Positions 1 to 9,797 of a stretch of DNA of 64,000 nt are shown here, in pieces. The stretch is from the NCBI GenBank assembly GCA_963837175.1, contig CAWIMJ010000047.1, positions 88,619 through 152,618 of the forward strand. Reading direction: 5' to 3'. How positions within the stretch are numbered: position 1 is the first letter of the stretch; the number at the start of each line of letters is the position of its first letter. Under the pieces are notes generated by a model. It saw nothing but the letters and a program-made list of their open reading frames with translations, was not told the DNA's origin and did no database searches. The position numbers and the translations under genes are program-made. Source of the stretch: an uncultured Nitrososphaeraceae archaeon. Lineage in GTDB: Archaea; Thermoproteota; Nitrososphaeria; Nitrososphaerales; Nitrososphaeraceae.

Positions 1-1092
1 ACCAGCTCTAGTTAATAAATATCCTCCACCGATTCCGGCTAGTAATCCCAATGTTGCTCCCAAAATACCAATTATTAAAGCTTCAACTAAAAAAAGAGCA
101 AGAATGTTAGTTTTCTGCGCACCAAGTGCTTTAAGGGTTCCGATTTCTCGTATTCTCTCTATAACTGACGTATAGAGTGTAGTGATTATTCCAACGGCAC
201 CAACAATCAATGAGATAACAGCAATGCTTAATAGAAATGCATCAATTCCTCCCGTAAATTCTTGAACTGTCTTTAGGATGGCTTTGACGGTGGTAATTCC
301 AATATCATTTCCATAGAGACTTCTGATTTCTTCTTCAACGACATCTACCAATTCACTTGACCGAGAAACTACAAATAATGAATCAAACTTACCTGATTTC
401 TGAAGGAATGCATTTCCTGCATCCGTATTAATAATGACAGAGTTGTCTATGGTGGGATTACCCGTAGATTTCATAATTCCTGTTACAACAAAATTCTTTA
501 ATTCTTCTTTAGATTTGCCTGTTATGTCATCTACAAAAGAATACTTTGCTCTGACGCTCTGACCCAAATTGATAAAGGGTGTTGTTTCTCCTGGTGGAAA
601 GGCTACATTCTCAGCTACAACCATTGCAGAAGGATCATTTTGTCTTAATGCGGAACCCTCTACAAGTTCCAATGTTGGAGCAATTACAAATATTTTTTGA
701 GGATCTATGGATAAAACCGCATTGTTTTTGGACTCACCCTGAGACTCTAAGGTGATATCTGCTTGATAGGAAGGAATTACCTGGTTTATAAATGGAAGTG
801 AACTTAATTTCTCTATGACTGCAGCATTTAATGTAATTTTTGGTGCTGCAGGTGTTGCTGCTCCTCCTACAGGTGGACCGTTCTGCTCTTGCTGTACACT
901 ACTTAAGAATAGTATATTTGGTGCGAGATTGTTAAATTGATTATTAAAAAACACTTCGAATCCTGCACCGAATCCGTTAACTGCAACTAATAGACTACTC
1001 CCTGCCATCACCATCAAAATAGTAAGTATGGATCTGACTTTTCTTTCCTTAAGGGCATCAAATGATAATATGAAAACTTCCTTGATATCCAT
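1..1092 (-). CDS. ABC transporter permease, MacB/FtsX (LolE-like) family; runs off the window edge
   Basis: Not in ORF track. Manual translation from ATG at 1092 gives MDIKEVFILSFDALKERKVRSILTILMVMAG, and near the edge 'ERIREIGTLKALGA', the typical FtsX-domain motif. Confidence 0.9.
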   Translation of the reverse strand, partial: MDIKEVFILSFDALKERKVRSILTILMVMAGSSLLVAVNGFGAGFEVFFNNQFNNLAPNILFLSSVQQEQNGPPVGGAATPAAPKITLNAAVIEKLSSLPFINQVIPSYQADITLESQGESKNNAVLSIDPQKIFVIAPTLELVEGSALRQNDPSAMVVAENVAFPPGETTPFINLGQSVRAKYSFVDDITGKSKEELKNFVVTGIMKSTGNPTIDNSVIINTDAGNAFLQKSGKFDSLFVVSRSSELVDVVEEEIRSLYGNDIGITTVKAILKTVQEFTGGIDAFLLSIAVISLIVGAVGIITTLYTSVIERIREIGTLKALGAQKTNILALFLVEALIIGILGATLGLLAGIGGGYLLTRAG

Positions 1093-1117
1093 TTTACCTT
1101 ATCCTCTCTTTCTTTTT

Positions 1118-3109
1118 TCAACCATTCCTTCTTTTTTTATCATTTGGTCCGTCTAAAAGAGAATGAATGTCGTCTTCTCCTTCCTCTTTTTTTATGCTAT
1201 CTGCGTGCGAGCTTAAAATCTTAGAAAGTTTTGATTTTGATCTCCGTTTTCTGAGCACAACTATCGCCGCTATTATAATACCGATTACTAGTATTATGGA
1301 TATAGCAATAATTGAAGAATTACTTTTATTATCACTGCCAATACTACCGATTCCAAAGATGCTTTGTCCTTCACGAGTAGTTTGTTGTATAGGTTTGAAG
1401 TCTACTGATCCATTCAGTGTTAATTCATGAAGTATTCTTAGATTGTCTCTATATGAAACTCTAAGATAGACAGGATAGATTCCGGCTTTAATACTATTTT
1501 TTATCAAAAGAGGAATGCTGAATGGTAAGGGAGAATTTTCAGTAAGATCACCAAGATACTGTTGGGAAGGAAAGCTTTCAACAAGACTTTTTTCTTTTGA
1601 GAATGGAGATTTAATCAACTCAACAGTGGTAAAAAGTGCAACGGTATTTCCTTCATTTAAAAGATTTCCCACAAGGTTCGGCTTATCCCCAATTATGTTA
1701 ATATCAAGATCGTATACTTTTACACTGATTTCACCATCCACGTATGATCCTAGGTTAATAGTTTCTGTCTTTGATTGTTCATCTGACACATATTGTATTT
1801 TGACTGAAAATTGTATTGGCTTGCCAATAATATCATCTGATGCAAAGACTGTTGTAGATAAATTCAATTTGGATTCCGGCATCAAGTTCTCAAACGTCCA
1901 TTTCGAATTTCCAAGGATTTTAACTGTATCCGCCTGCGAAGCAAGAGTGATTACTAGATCGGTTACGGGTTTTTTGCCTTCGTTGGCGACATTGAACTCC
2001 ATCCATTGGATCTTTCCAGCTTTTAGAATAATAGAAGAATTTTGGTTGTTAGAGGAAACACCTGGCTCTGCGTTTAAAATTGATTGTGGAGCTCTAGCAG
2101 ATACGACTAGACCTACGGATTGATCAGAGTTCTTTACGTTACCATAAGCATCTCCATACGATATTTGAAGAGCAAGATTTTGCACTGTCTCAGCAGCAGA
2201 ATTACTTGGATAAAGTAATGAATTTATTTCAGCTGTTCCATTGCTAGGAATATTACCTATATCAAAGGTACTATTTCCTATGTTTACTAGTGAAATAGAC
2301 CCTGTTACACCACCGCCACTAGCACCATTAACACTAGATGATGAATTGCTACTAGAAGGAGAATTACTTGCACTAGAAGCCTCATTAAGCGAGACAACCA
2401 CGCCACTAGCGTTGGCAGTACCCTTATTCTTTATAGTTATCTTAACCGTGTTTGAAGAACCTGGGATTAAATGAGGATTTTCTGATAGCACATCTAAAAC
2501 TACTTTTCCTGTTACACGAAAGGGAATTGAAATATTTTTTACTGTAATTTGGCCCGTTTCGAGCACCTTAGAGTAAATTAGATCAAGTGACCCAGTGTAC
2601 CATCCTATTTCTGCATTTTTTAATACATTGATATCAAAATAAAGAGTGAATGTATCTCCTGATTTGACAATTGAATTATAAGAATCTACTGAATATTGTG
2701 ATGAGTTTGATATATTATTTCGGATGTCCTGTGGTAATACTCCAATCGTTGTGAAGCCTGATGGGAGACTCAGATATCCTTTCACTGCAGTAATATCAGA
2801 GCGAGCTTTGTTAACGAGTACTATCGCAAGTGTAGCTGCACCTTCTCCAGGACCAACTTCCTTCTTTACAGGATCACTAGTATTGGTGGTGTCAGATGAA
2901 GATATTGCATTATTGTCTGTCCAGTAGGCATCCTGGAAAGCGGGATCTTTATCAGTCTGAGCATTTGCATTAGTTAGTGTCCAAGCAGATGGAAGAACTA
3001 TCATAATACTGATAAGAAAAGATACAAAAGGTGTAGTAGATGATTTTTTGATTTGACCAGTTAATTCAGGCCAGAGATCTTTTTTGTGAGTAGATACTAT
3101 TTTCTTCAT
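1118..3109 (-). CDS. Exported S-layer/COG1361-like protein with Ig-like (CARDB-type) repeats and C-terminal membrane anchor
   Basis: N-terminal hydrophobic signal, beta-rich repeats ('TIKNKGTANA', 'NVANEGKKPV'), Ser-rich linker, C-terminal TM helix followed by basic residues; lies between ABC ATPase and permease. Confidence 0.75.
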   Translation of the reverse strand: MKKIVSTHKKDLWPELTGQIKKSSTTPFVSFLISIMIVLPSAWTLTNANAQTDKDPAFQDAYWTDNNAISSSDTTNTSDPVKKEVGPGEGAATLAIVLVNKARSDITAVKGYLSLPSGFTTIGVLPQDIRNNISNSSQYSVDSYNSIVKSGDTFTLYFDINVLKNAEIGWYTGSLDLIYSKVLETGQITVKNISIPFRVTGKVVLDVLSENPHLIPGSSNTVKITIKNKGTANASGVVVSLNEASSASNSPSSSNSSSSVNGASGGGVTGSISLVNIGNSTFDIGNIPSNGTAEINSLLYPSNSAAETVQNLALQISYGDAYGNVKNSDQSVGLVVSARAPQSILNAEPGVSSNNQNSSIILKAGKIQWMEFNVANEGKKPVTDLVITLASQADTVKILGNSKWTFENLMPESKLNLSTTVFASDDIIGKPIQFSVKIQYVSDEQSKTETINLGSYVDGEISVKVYDLDINIIGDKPNLVGNLLNEGNTVALFTTVELIKSPFSKEKSLVESFPSQQYLGDLTENSPLPFSIPLLIKNSIKAGIYPVYLRVSYRDNLRILHELTLNGSVDFKPIQQTTREGQSIFGIGSIGSDNKSNSSIIAISIILVIGIIIAAIVVLRKRRSKSKLSKILSSHADSIKKEEGEDDIHSLLDGPNDKKRRNG

Positions 3110-3112
3110 ATT

Positions 3113-3874
3113 TTAGTTGATAGCCTCTTTCTCTATTATTCCGTCCTTGAGGTGGATAACCCTATCTGTTGCTTTGGAGAGATCAGGATTATGAGTTACC
3201 ATTATTATAGTCCTTCTAAACCTGTTTGAAAGCATCTTTAATAAATTAAAAACATCCTGTCCTGTCTTGGTATCGAGGTTACCAGTTGGTTCGTCTGCAA
3301 GAATTACTACAGGATTGTTCATTATTGATCTTGCTATTGCTACTCTCTGCTGTTCTCCGCCACTTAGGTTTGAAGGTGTTGATTTAGCCTTCTCTTTTAT
3401 TCCGAGAATGTCTAATAACTTTAATGCCCGTGCAATCCTTTCATTCTTTTTCATTCCAGCTAATATTGCTGGAATTTCAACATTCTTTAAAACAGTAGTT
3501 CTGTTAATTAAATTGTAGGATTGAAAGATAAAGCCTATTAAATTGTTTCTAAATAAGGCAATCTCATAATCGTTTAGGGAAAAAATATCCAGATCTTTTA
3601 AATAGACTTTGCCTAAGGTTGGCCTGTCTAAAGCTCCTAGAATGTTTAGTAGAGTCGATTTTCCACTTCCAGAAGGTCCGACAATAGATACAAATTCTCC
3701 TTTCTTTATTCTAAAGTTAATATTTTTAAGCACAACAATACCGCCTGCTGGTGAATGAAAAATCTTAGAGAGATTTTCAACGCTTAAGATATATGCATCT
3801 TTCTCAGCATTATTCCAGTTGTTTGTCCGGGTATCTTTAGCACTCATTATATTGTAACTCTTTTTTTTATTCAC
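3113..3874 (-). CDS. ABC transporter ATP-binding protein (LolD/MacB type)
   Basis: Walker A GPSGSGKS, signature LSGGEQQR, Walker B ILADEPTGNLD, H-loop VTH. Confidence 0.95.
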   Translation of the reverse strand: MNKKKSYNIMSAKDTRTNNWNNAEKDAYILSVENLSKIFHSPAGGIVVLKNINFRIKKGEFVSIVGPSGSGKSTLLNILGALDRPTLGKVYLKDLDIFSLNDYEIALFRNNLIGFIFQSYNLINRTTVLKNVEIPAILAGMKKNERIARALKLLDILGIKEKAKSTPSNLSGGEQQRVAIARSIMNNPVVILADEPTGNLDTKTGQDVFNLLKMLSNRFRRTIIMVTHNPDLSKATDRVIHLKDGIIEKEAIN

Positions 3875-3900
3875 TATTTGATCTCTTTAGTCAATTTAAT

Positions 3901-4200
3901 TTATAATGTATCTATCATTACATTTGTTTTGCTGATATTTATCGCACCTACATCACTAGCACATTCTTTTAAATTAAAATCTATCACAGGATCAACATCA
4001 GCGTAATCAAAATACTTTCCTCTTTTTTCTGCTGCTAATATGTAGTTAGTCATTTCGAAGCAGATCATAGCATCTGGCATAACTAGACAAAAATTCTTCT
4101 CCCTCATTTCTGACGTCTGTGTGATTCGCTTATCCAACAGACACTTGGGTATTGCTTGGTACACTATCACGTTGTAATATCTTAGCAGTATATAACTCAT
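3901..4200 (-). CDS. Hypothetical protein
   Basis: 99-aa ORF co-oriented upstream of the ABC operon; no recognisable motif. Confidence 0.35.
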   Translation of the reverse strand: MSYILLRYYNVIVYQAIPKCLLDKRITQTSEMREKNFCLVMPDAMICFEMTNYILAAEKRGKYFDYADVDPVIDFNLKECASDVGAINISKTNVMIDTL

Positions 4201-4768
4201 ACTTCTCCTTATTTAAATATAAGATAATAGCGTAAGCAGCTTCATCAATCTATAATTGTTAAACATCAAAAGTACAATTTTGAAAAGAAAGTGATTTTCG
4301 ATATTTCTGCAAGTACTCATCTCCGAATAAGCCTCAAAGGATTTTGCATTATGCTATTTAATAATTTTCCTTAAATACTTAAGCATCATCAATGCCAATT
4401 CATGTGATATCATTTTACTGGTAAAATCATAAACGTTAGGTCTTTTTTTCAGATTATACTAATTTATAACCTTTGTATTCCAAATGGATATAAAAGTTTT
4501 ATTTCGATATGAATACAGTCCTTTGACTGCAATCATCATTAGACATTCCATCACTAACATTGATTCGGATTTTGCAAGACTGATACTAAATGTATGAATC
4601 ATCTTTGTTCAGGTAATGGATAAAAATTTAATTGAGTTTAAACTGTCTAGCATACATATACTTTTGAATTAATTTATTGTTAGTTTTTTTTCTACTATAT
4701 TGTCGTCATAGATTGTCTAACATTCTTTTATTAAAAAAATTCAAACATAAAAAAGGTAGGTCAATGGT

Positions 4769-5086
4769 ATGAAGAATAGATCCGAGATAGAAATTATGGC
4801 AGCCATACTGCGCTGTGCAACAGCTAATTGGGAATATAAAACTACTATTATGAATAATGCATCAGTATCACATTCACAATTAATTAGATATCTTGCTATT
4901 GCAGAAGATAGAGGTTTAATTGAATATTCAAAAATAACAGGTCTATATAGAACTACAGAAGCAGGACTAATATTCTTGGATAAACATGACGAGATTCTGC
5001 TTCTTTTACCTTCAATTACAGATTTACCTGATGTTATTCATCATTCAGAAGAGAATTCAGTAGTAAGTGAAACTATCACAGAGTAA
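4769..5086 (+). CDS. Winged-helix transcriptional regulator (COG3432-like)
   Basis: 'RSEIEIMAAIL...KTTIMNNASVSHSQLIRYL...GLI...YRTTEAG' matches the archaeal wHTH pattern. Confidence 0.8.
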   Translation: MKNRSEIEIMAAILRCATANWEYKTTIMNNASVSHSQLIRYLAIAEDRGLIEYSKITGLYRTTEAGLIFLDKHDEILLLLPSITDLPDVIHHSEENSVVSETITE

Positions 5087-5105
5087 TGATAAGATCATTA
5101 AAATT

Positions 5106-5702
5106 CTATTGAGTATTAGAATGAATTACCTTTACATGTTTTGACAGCAATTCTTTGTCATTATATTGATTACTGCAGTGAGGGCAAACTAGTCCATCTC
5201 TTTTGTCTATAAGAGATGTAGAAGCAAATGGGCTCATTATGCAGACGGCTGAATCTAATTTGAATGCATTCAGTGTTTGCACTACTGCCTTCTCTGTCCT
5301 TATTACGATATCTTCTCTACTTATAGTGCCATATACTTTAGAATTCGAACTTACAACTAGTTGTCTTATATTATGTTTTTCCATTGCAGCAAGTGCATCT
5401 AAAATGGACACTTCAGGTGGTACAGATATTATTGGTGAGGACATTATATCCTCAAGCCGTGTGCGTTCTGGTGATTTATGCAATGACACTATTCGATATA
5501 AGATATCTGTTTTAGATACTAGGCCTATTATTTCCTTCTTTGAATCAGATACAAGAACAGAACGGACAGAGCGATCTCGCATAACTGCTATAGCTTCGGC
5601 TGCTGTTTGAGAACGGTCTAAAATCGCCATATTTTGTTGCACAATCGACGAAACAGGCATAGATAAAAATGACTTAGCATTATTATCTCCTGAAGTAATC
5701 AA
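5106..5702 (-). CDS. CBS-pair protein with C-terminal C2H2 zinc finger
   Basis: Two CBS motifs (IIGLVSKTDI, VYGTISREDI) plus CPHC-x12-HVKVIH. Confidence 0.85.
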   Translation of the reverse strand: MITSGDNNAKSFLSMPVSSIVQQNMAILDRSQTAAEAIAVMRDRSVRSVLVSDSKKEIIGLVSKTDILYRIVSLHKSPERTRLEDIMSSPIISVPPEVSILDALAAMEKHNIRQLVVSSNSKVYGTISREDIVIRTEKAVVQTLNAFKLDSAVCIMSPFASTSLIDKRDGLVCPHCSNQYNDKELLSKHVKVIHSNTQ

Positions 5703-5845
5703 TATTGTACAATATTTAATGAATTATTTAAAGTTGTATTTATTCCATGTGACCGGCTATTATACACGAATGCCTGGTTATAATGAGATCTTATATTTAC
5801 CTGTCACTAGCGTCGAGTAGTTAATAAAAGATAGTATTTTCATCA

Positions 5846-6538
5846 TTGATCATGAGGCTTGCTTCACTATTCTCTGGCGGAAAAGATAGTACTTTCTCAA
5901 TAGTCAAAATGAAAGAACTCGGGCATGAAGTAGTATGTCTGATCACTATGAAACCTCAGACAGATGATAGCCTGTTATTTCACTATCCAAATAGTGGACT
6001 GACTAAACAACTTGGAGAAGCCATGGGGATCCCGTCATTTAGATTCGCCTTAAAGAAATCATCTAAAGAAGAGGAAGTAAATTCACTCGAATATGCAATT
6101 AAAAAGATAAAATCTATTCATAATATTCAAGGATTAGTTCATGGTGGGATATCAAGTGTCTTTCAAAAAGACAATTTTCAGAGAGTCTGCTCAAAGCAAG
6201 AACTTGAAATATTTGCTCCATTATGGGGTATAGAACCTTTTCGATACATGACTCATCTCATTGATAAAAAATTTTGTATTAAAATCGTTGGTGTATCTGC
6301 TATGGGGTTAGATCAAAATTGGCTTGGAGTTACATTAGACAAGCATTCTTTAGGCAAGTTAGAATTTTTGAGCAAAAAATATGGATTTAATTTAACTTTT
6401 GAAGGTGGAGAAGCCGAAACTTTGATTGTAGATTGTCCTATCTTTAAGAAGAGATTAAAGATAAATGATTTCAGAATCCACTGGGATGGACAAAGGGGAA
6501 TATTTGAAATATTAGAAGCTTCATTAGTATCCAAGTAA
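5846..6538 (+). CDS. dph6: Diphthine-ammonia ligase (PP-loop, DUF71)
   Basis: SGGKDS PP-loop; FEGGEAET motif. Confidence 0.88.
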   Translation: MIMRLASLFSGGKDSTFSIVKMKELGHEVVCLITMKPQTDDSLLFHYPNSGLTKQLGEAMGIPSFRFALKKSSKEEEVNSLEYAIKKIKSIHNIQGLVHGGISSVFQKDNFQRVCSKQELEIFAPLWGIEPFRYMTHLIDKKFCIKIVGVSAMGLDQNWLGVTLDKHSLGKLEFLSKKYGFNLTFEGGEAETLIVDCPIFKKRLKINDFRIHWDGQRGIFEILEASLVSK

Positions 6539-6545
6539 TCTTGCT

Positions 6546-7916
6546 ATGCTAGATAACTTAAGAACAGGTCTTCGAAGCGCCTTAAAAAAAATTGTAGGAG
6601 CATCTGATATTAATGAAGAACTTATAGATTCTCTCAGTAAAGACGTCCAAAGAGCATTACTTCAATCGGATGTTAATGTTAGACTGGTCTTAATGATAAC
6701 TACGAATCTAAAAAGTCGGGCAATCAATGAAACTCCACCAAAGGGTTTATCGAGAAAAGATCAAATTATCACTATTCTTTATGGCGAACTTGCAAAACTA
6801 CTTGGCTATGCAGGAGAGCCAATAAAAAGCGTTGATAAATCGGTGGATTTGAACGACGAACATATCGTTTCTTTCAAGGCAGGAAAGCAAAATATTGTAC
6901 TCATGCTTGGTGTCCAAGGCAGTGGAAAGACAACAGTAACTGTCAAATTTGCTAGGTGGCTAACAAGGCATGGATATCGCGTTGCAGTAATTGGAGCAGA
7001 TACATGGCGACCTGGTGCGCTGACCCAATTAAAAATGAATTGCAATAAAATTAATGTAGAGGTATTTGGTGATGAAAATAACAAAGATGCTGTTCAAATC
7101 GTAAGAGATGGTCTGAATTATTACAAATCACAGAATATGGATGTTATACTTATTGATACTGCCGGAAGACACAAGGAAGAGAGTGGACTTTTGGAGGAAA
7201 TGAACGCTATGTATAAGGTGGCAATACCCGATTTGGTTTTACTAGTAATAGACGGAACAATAGGTCAGCAAGCCTACAACCAGGCCAAAGCCTTCCATGA
7301 AACTGCACCTGTTGGCGGAATTATTATAACGAAACTTGATGGGACAGCCAAGGGTGGCGGCGCAATTGCCTCATCCGCTGCCACTGGAGCTAAAGTAATG
7401 TTCATTGGCACAGGAGAACGCATAGATGACCTTGAGCAGTTTTCACCGACACGGTTTGTTGGTAGGATGCTGGGAATGGGTGATATCAAAGCGCTGCTTG
7501 AAATGGCAAAAAGTCTTGAGGTTCAAGCAGATGAGAATCAAACCAAGCGATTGCTGGGTGGCAAAATGACTATCGAAGACTTTTACGCACAGATGGAAAA
7601 TGTAGGTAAAATGGGATTTAAAAACGTAATTGACAATTTACCGGGTCTATCGGGTATGGTAAAAGAAGATCAATTAGACGCTCTTCAAGGGAAAATGGAG
7701 AAATGGCGATTTATAATTCAATCAATGACCAAAAATGAAAAAAGAAATCCTGATATTATTAATGATTCTAGGAGGAAGCGGATTGCAAGAGGTGCTGGTA
7801 TAACCGAACACGATGTTAAAGAGTTGGTAAAACAATACAATAATTCTAAAACGATGATGAAACAGACAAAGGGTAGACAGATGCAAGGAATGTTAAGGAG
7901 ATTTGGTATTGGCTAA
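6546..7916 (+). CDS. srp54: Signal recognition particle protein Srp54
   Basis: GVQGSGKTT, DTAGRH, TKLDGTAKGGG; Met-rich M domain with SRRKRIARGAG. Confidence 0.97.
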   Translation: MLDNLRTGLRSALKKIVGASDINEELIDSLSKDVQRALLQSDVNVRLVLMITTNLKSRAINETPPKGLSRKDQIITILYGELAKLLGYAGEPIKSVDKSVDLNDEHIVSFKAGKQNIVLMLGVQGSGKTTVTVKFARWLTRHGYRVAVIGADTWRPGALTQLKMNCNKINVEVFGDENNKDAVQIVRDGLNYYKSQNMDVILIDTAGRHKEESGLLEEMNAMYKVAIPDLVLLVIDGTIGQQAYNQAKAFHETAPVGGIIITKLDGTAKGGGAIASSAATGAKVMFIGTGERIDDLEQFSPTRFVGRMLGMGDIKALLEMAKSLEVQADENQTKRLLGGKMTIEDFYAQMENVGKMGFKNVIDNLPGLSGMVKEDQLDALQGKMEKWRFIIQSMTKNEKRNPDIINDSRRKRIARGAGITEHDVKELVKQYNNSKTMMKQTKGRQMQGMLRRFGIG

Positions 7917-9045
7917 TGTCAAGGATGAAAAGCTCCTTCTAGAACAACTAAAAATTAACTATACTCTTTGCAAATATTGTCTAAAAAGACACATTCCATC
8001 ATTTAGAGTGACATCTATAATGGATCAAGATAATTGTTTTATATGTTCTGGATTGATGAGTAATATAGATTTAATTCATAAAAAAATATTATCAACAGTA
8101 GCAAACGTATATGAATTTGATAGCTTTACAATAGGAGCAACAATTCCAAATGAATACTATGAACGTGAGGACTACATTCGCTCAAAATTCAAGATACGGG
8201 GAATGGAAAATGTTAAAATTCAATTGACCAGAGAACTCAGAAGAAGATTTCAAAAAATAACAAAAAAAAGACTTGACTTTTTAAGCCCAGACATCTTGAT
8301 AAATATTGATATTGATAAGAACAATAATGTAGATGTAATTGCAAAGACTCGTCCATTACATTTTCTTGGCAGATATATAAAAAAATATAGAGGAATAAGG
8401 CAGAAACAAACTAAGTGCGGCGGTTGTCAAGGAAATGGTTGCCTAGCCTGTGATCATTCTGGGCTATCAGGCTACAATAGTATAGAGGGAATTATTGCTA
8501 AGAATTTGATATCGATAACAAGAGGACAGAACGCTAAATTTACCTGGGTAGGAAGTGAAGATAAAGAAAGCAGGGTTCTAGGGAAAGGAAGGCCTTTTTT
8601 TGCACGCATAACAAATCCACAAAATCGTAAATTTGAGAACAATTTAAAATTCTGTGAAAACGGAATTGTAGTTATAATAAGTCCTAAGCCTGATAATATT
8701 TCAGATCCATCTTTTGTATTTACCACAAAGATTAAAATTTTGGTTGAATGCGACAAGGAAATTATAAAATCAAACTTAGAAAAACTAAAATTTTGTTGTG
8801 GTTCGATTATAAGATTCAAATACAAATCAAGACAATTTAAAAAAAGGCTCTATTCGCTCAAGATACTAAAAGTAGATTCAAAACGTTTCTTTATTACTAT
8901 GCTTACAGATGGAGGATTCCAAGTCAAGCAGTTCGTTGGAGAGAGAGAGAATGCTAAACCTAATCTTTCAGAGATCGTCGATTCAAATTGCAAATGTATT
9001 TATTTTGATATTCTTGATGTAGCCATGCAGCAACCTTTTTTTTAG
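7903..9045 (+). CDS. pus10: tRNA pseudouridine(54/55) synthase Pus10
   Basis: N-terminal CxxC..CxxC, 'GRYIK..RGIRQ', 'GSEDKESRVLGKGRPF', 'DGGFQVKQFV'; typical srp54 neighbour. Confidence 0.85.
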   Translation: MVLANVKDEKLLLEQLKINYTLCKYCLKRHIPSFRVTSIMDQDNCFICSGLMSNIDLIHKKILSTVANVYEFDSFTIGATIPNEYYEREDYIRSKFKIRGMENVKIQLTRELRRRFQKITKKRLDFLSPDILINIDIDKNNNVDVIAKTRPLHFLGRYIKKYRGIRQKQTKCGGCQGNGCLACDHSGLSGYNSIEGIIAKNLISITRGQNAKFTWVGSEDKESRVLGKGRPFFARITNPQNRKFENNLKFCENGIVVIISPKPDNISDPSFVFTTKIKILVECDKEIIKSNLEKLKFCCGSIIRFKYKSRQFKKRLYSLKILKVDSKRFFITMLTDGGFQVKQFVGERENAKPNLSEIVDSNCKCIYFDILDVAMQQPFF

Positions 9046-9071
9046 ACTATGCCCCTTTTCAGAGTATATAG

Positions 9072-9797
9072 ATGGTTTTTAATTCTTTACAAAAAGTAGA
9101 TGATGCATTAAACAGCGGACAGTTACCGAAAAAGACTTATGATCTTATACTAGATCGCTATGAAATAGTTACTAATGGAATTAAAAGGATAGAGAATGCA
9201 GCTAGACTAAAATATCCATATTATTATGTAGAACCTAATCTTGTCATTTCGATATCGCAGGTCGAATTTTCACAGTTCGGTATCTTGTTTGCAAGAACAA
9301 TCCCAGTGGTAAACGAACAGAGACAATTAAACATCGTTATTCAACTGACAGCTCCCCTGATAGCTTTCGGTCTGCGTGGCTCTATTCATGCTATTTTAGC
9401 ACATGAGTTTATACATTATCTTAATTTAGTCAGTCGGATTATGAGAATGGATATAATATCTGATTCAATATCCAGTACTTTATTTGAAGAGAGATATGGG
9501 GATTCTTCTCGATTAATGGAACCCAAATCAGTCTTCAAATCTGATCGTACTTTGATTGATCACATTACAAAGAAATTTCCAGAGGGGTTCAGTGATCTTC
9601 GATTAGAAGATAAAGTAGTTAACGAATGGATCAACAGAAGGCTTCCAACGACCAAGGTTACTATCGACTCTAATATCGTAAAATTACCTATTGAATTAAT
9701 GGCTAATCTAGAAGTTGATCAAATACTTAAAGAAAGAATTCTTGAATTCCAAAATACAAAACAGTGGCAAAAGAAAAAGTTCGATCGTTATGTCTAG
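9072..9797 (+). CDS. Conserved hypothetical protein with HExxH zinc-binding motif
   Basis: 'AILAHEFIHYL'; stop codon overlaps the start of the next gene. Confidence 0.65.
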   Translation: MVFNSLQKVDDALNSGQLPKKTYDLILDRYEIVTNGIKRIENAARLKYPYYYVEPNLVISISQVEFSQFGILFARTIPVVNEQRQLNIVIQLTAPLIAFGLRGSIHAILAHEFIHYLNLVSRIMRMDIISDSISSTLFEERYGDSSRLMEPKSVFKSDRTLIDHITKKFPEGFSDLRLEDKVVNEWINRRLPTTKVTIDSNIVKLPIELMANLEVDQILKERILEFQNTKQWQKKKFDRYV

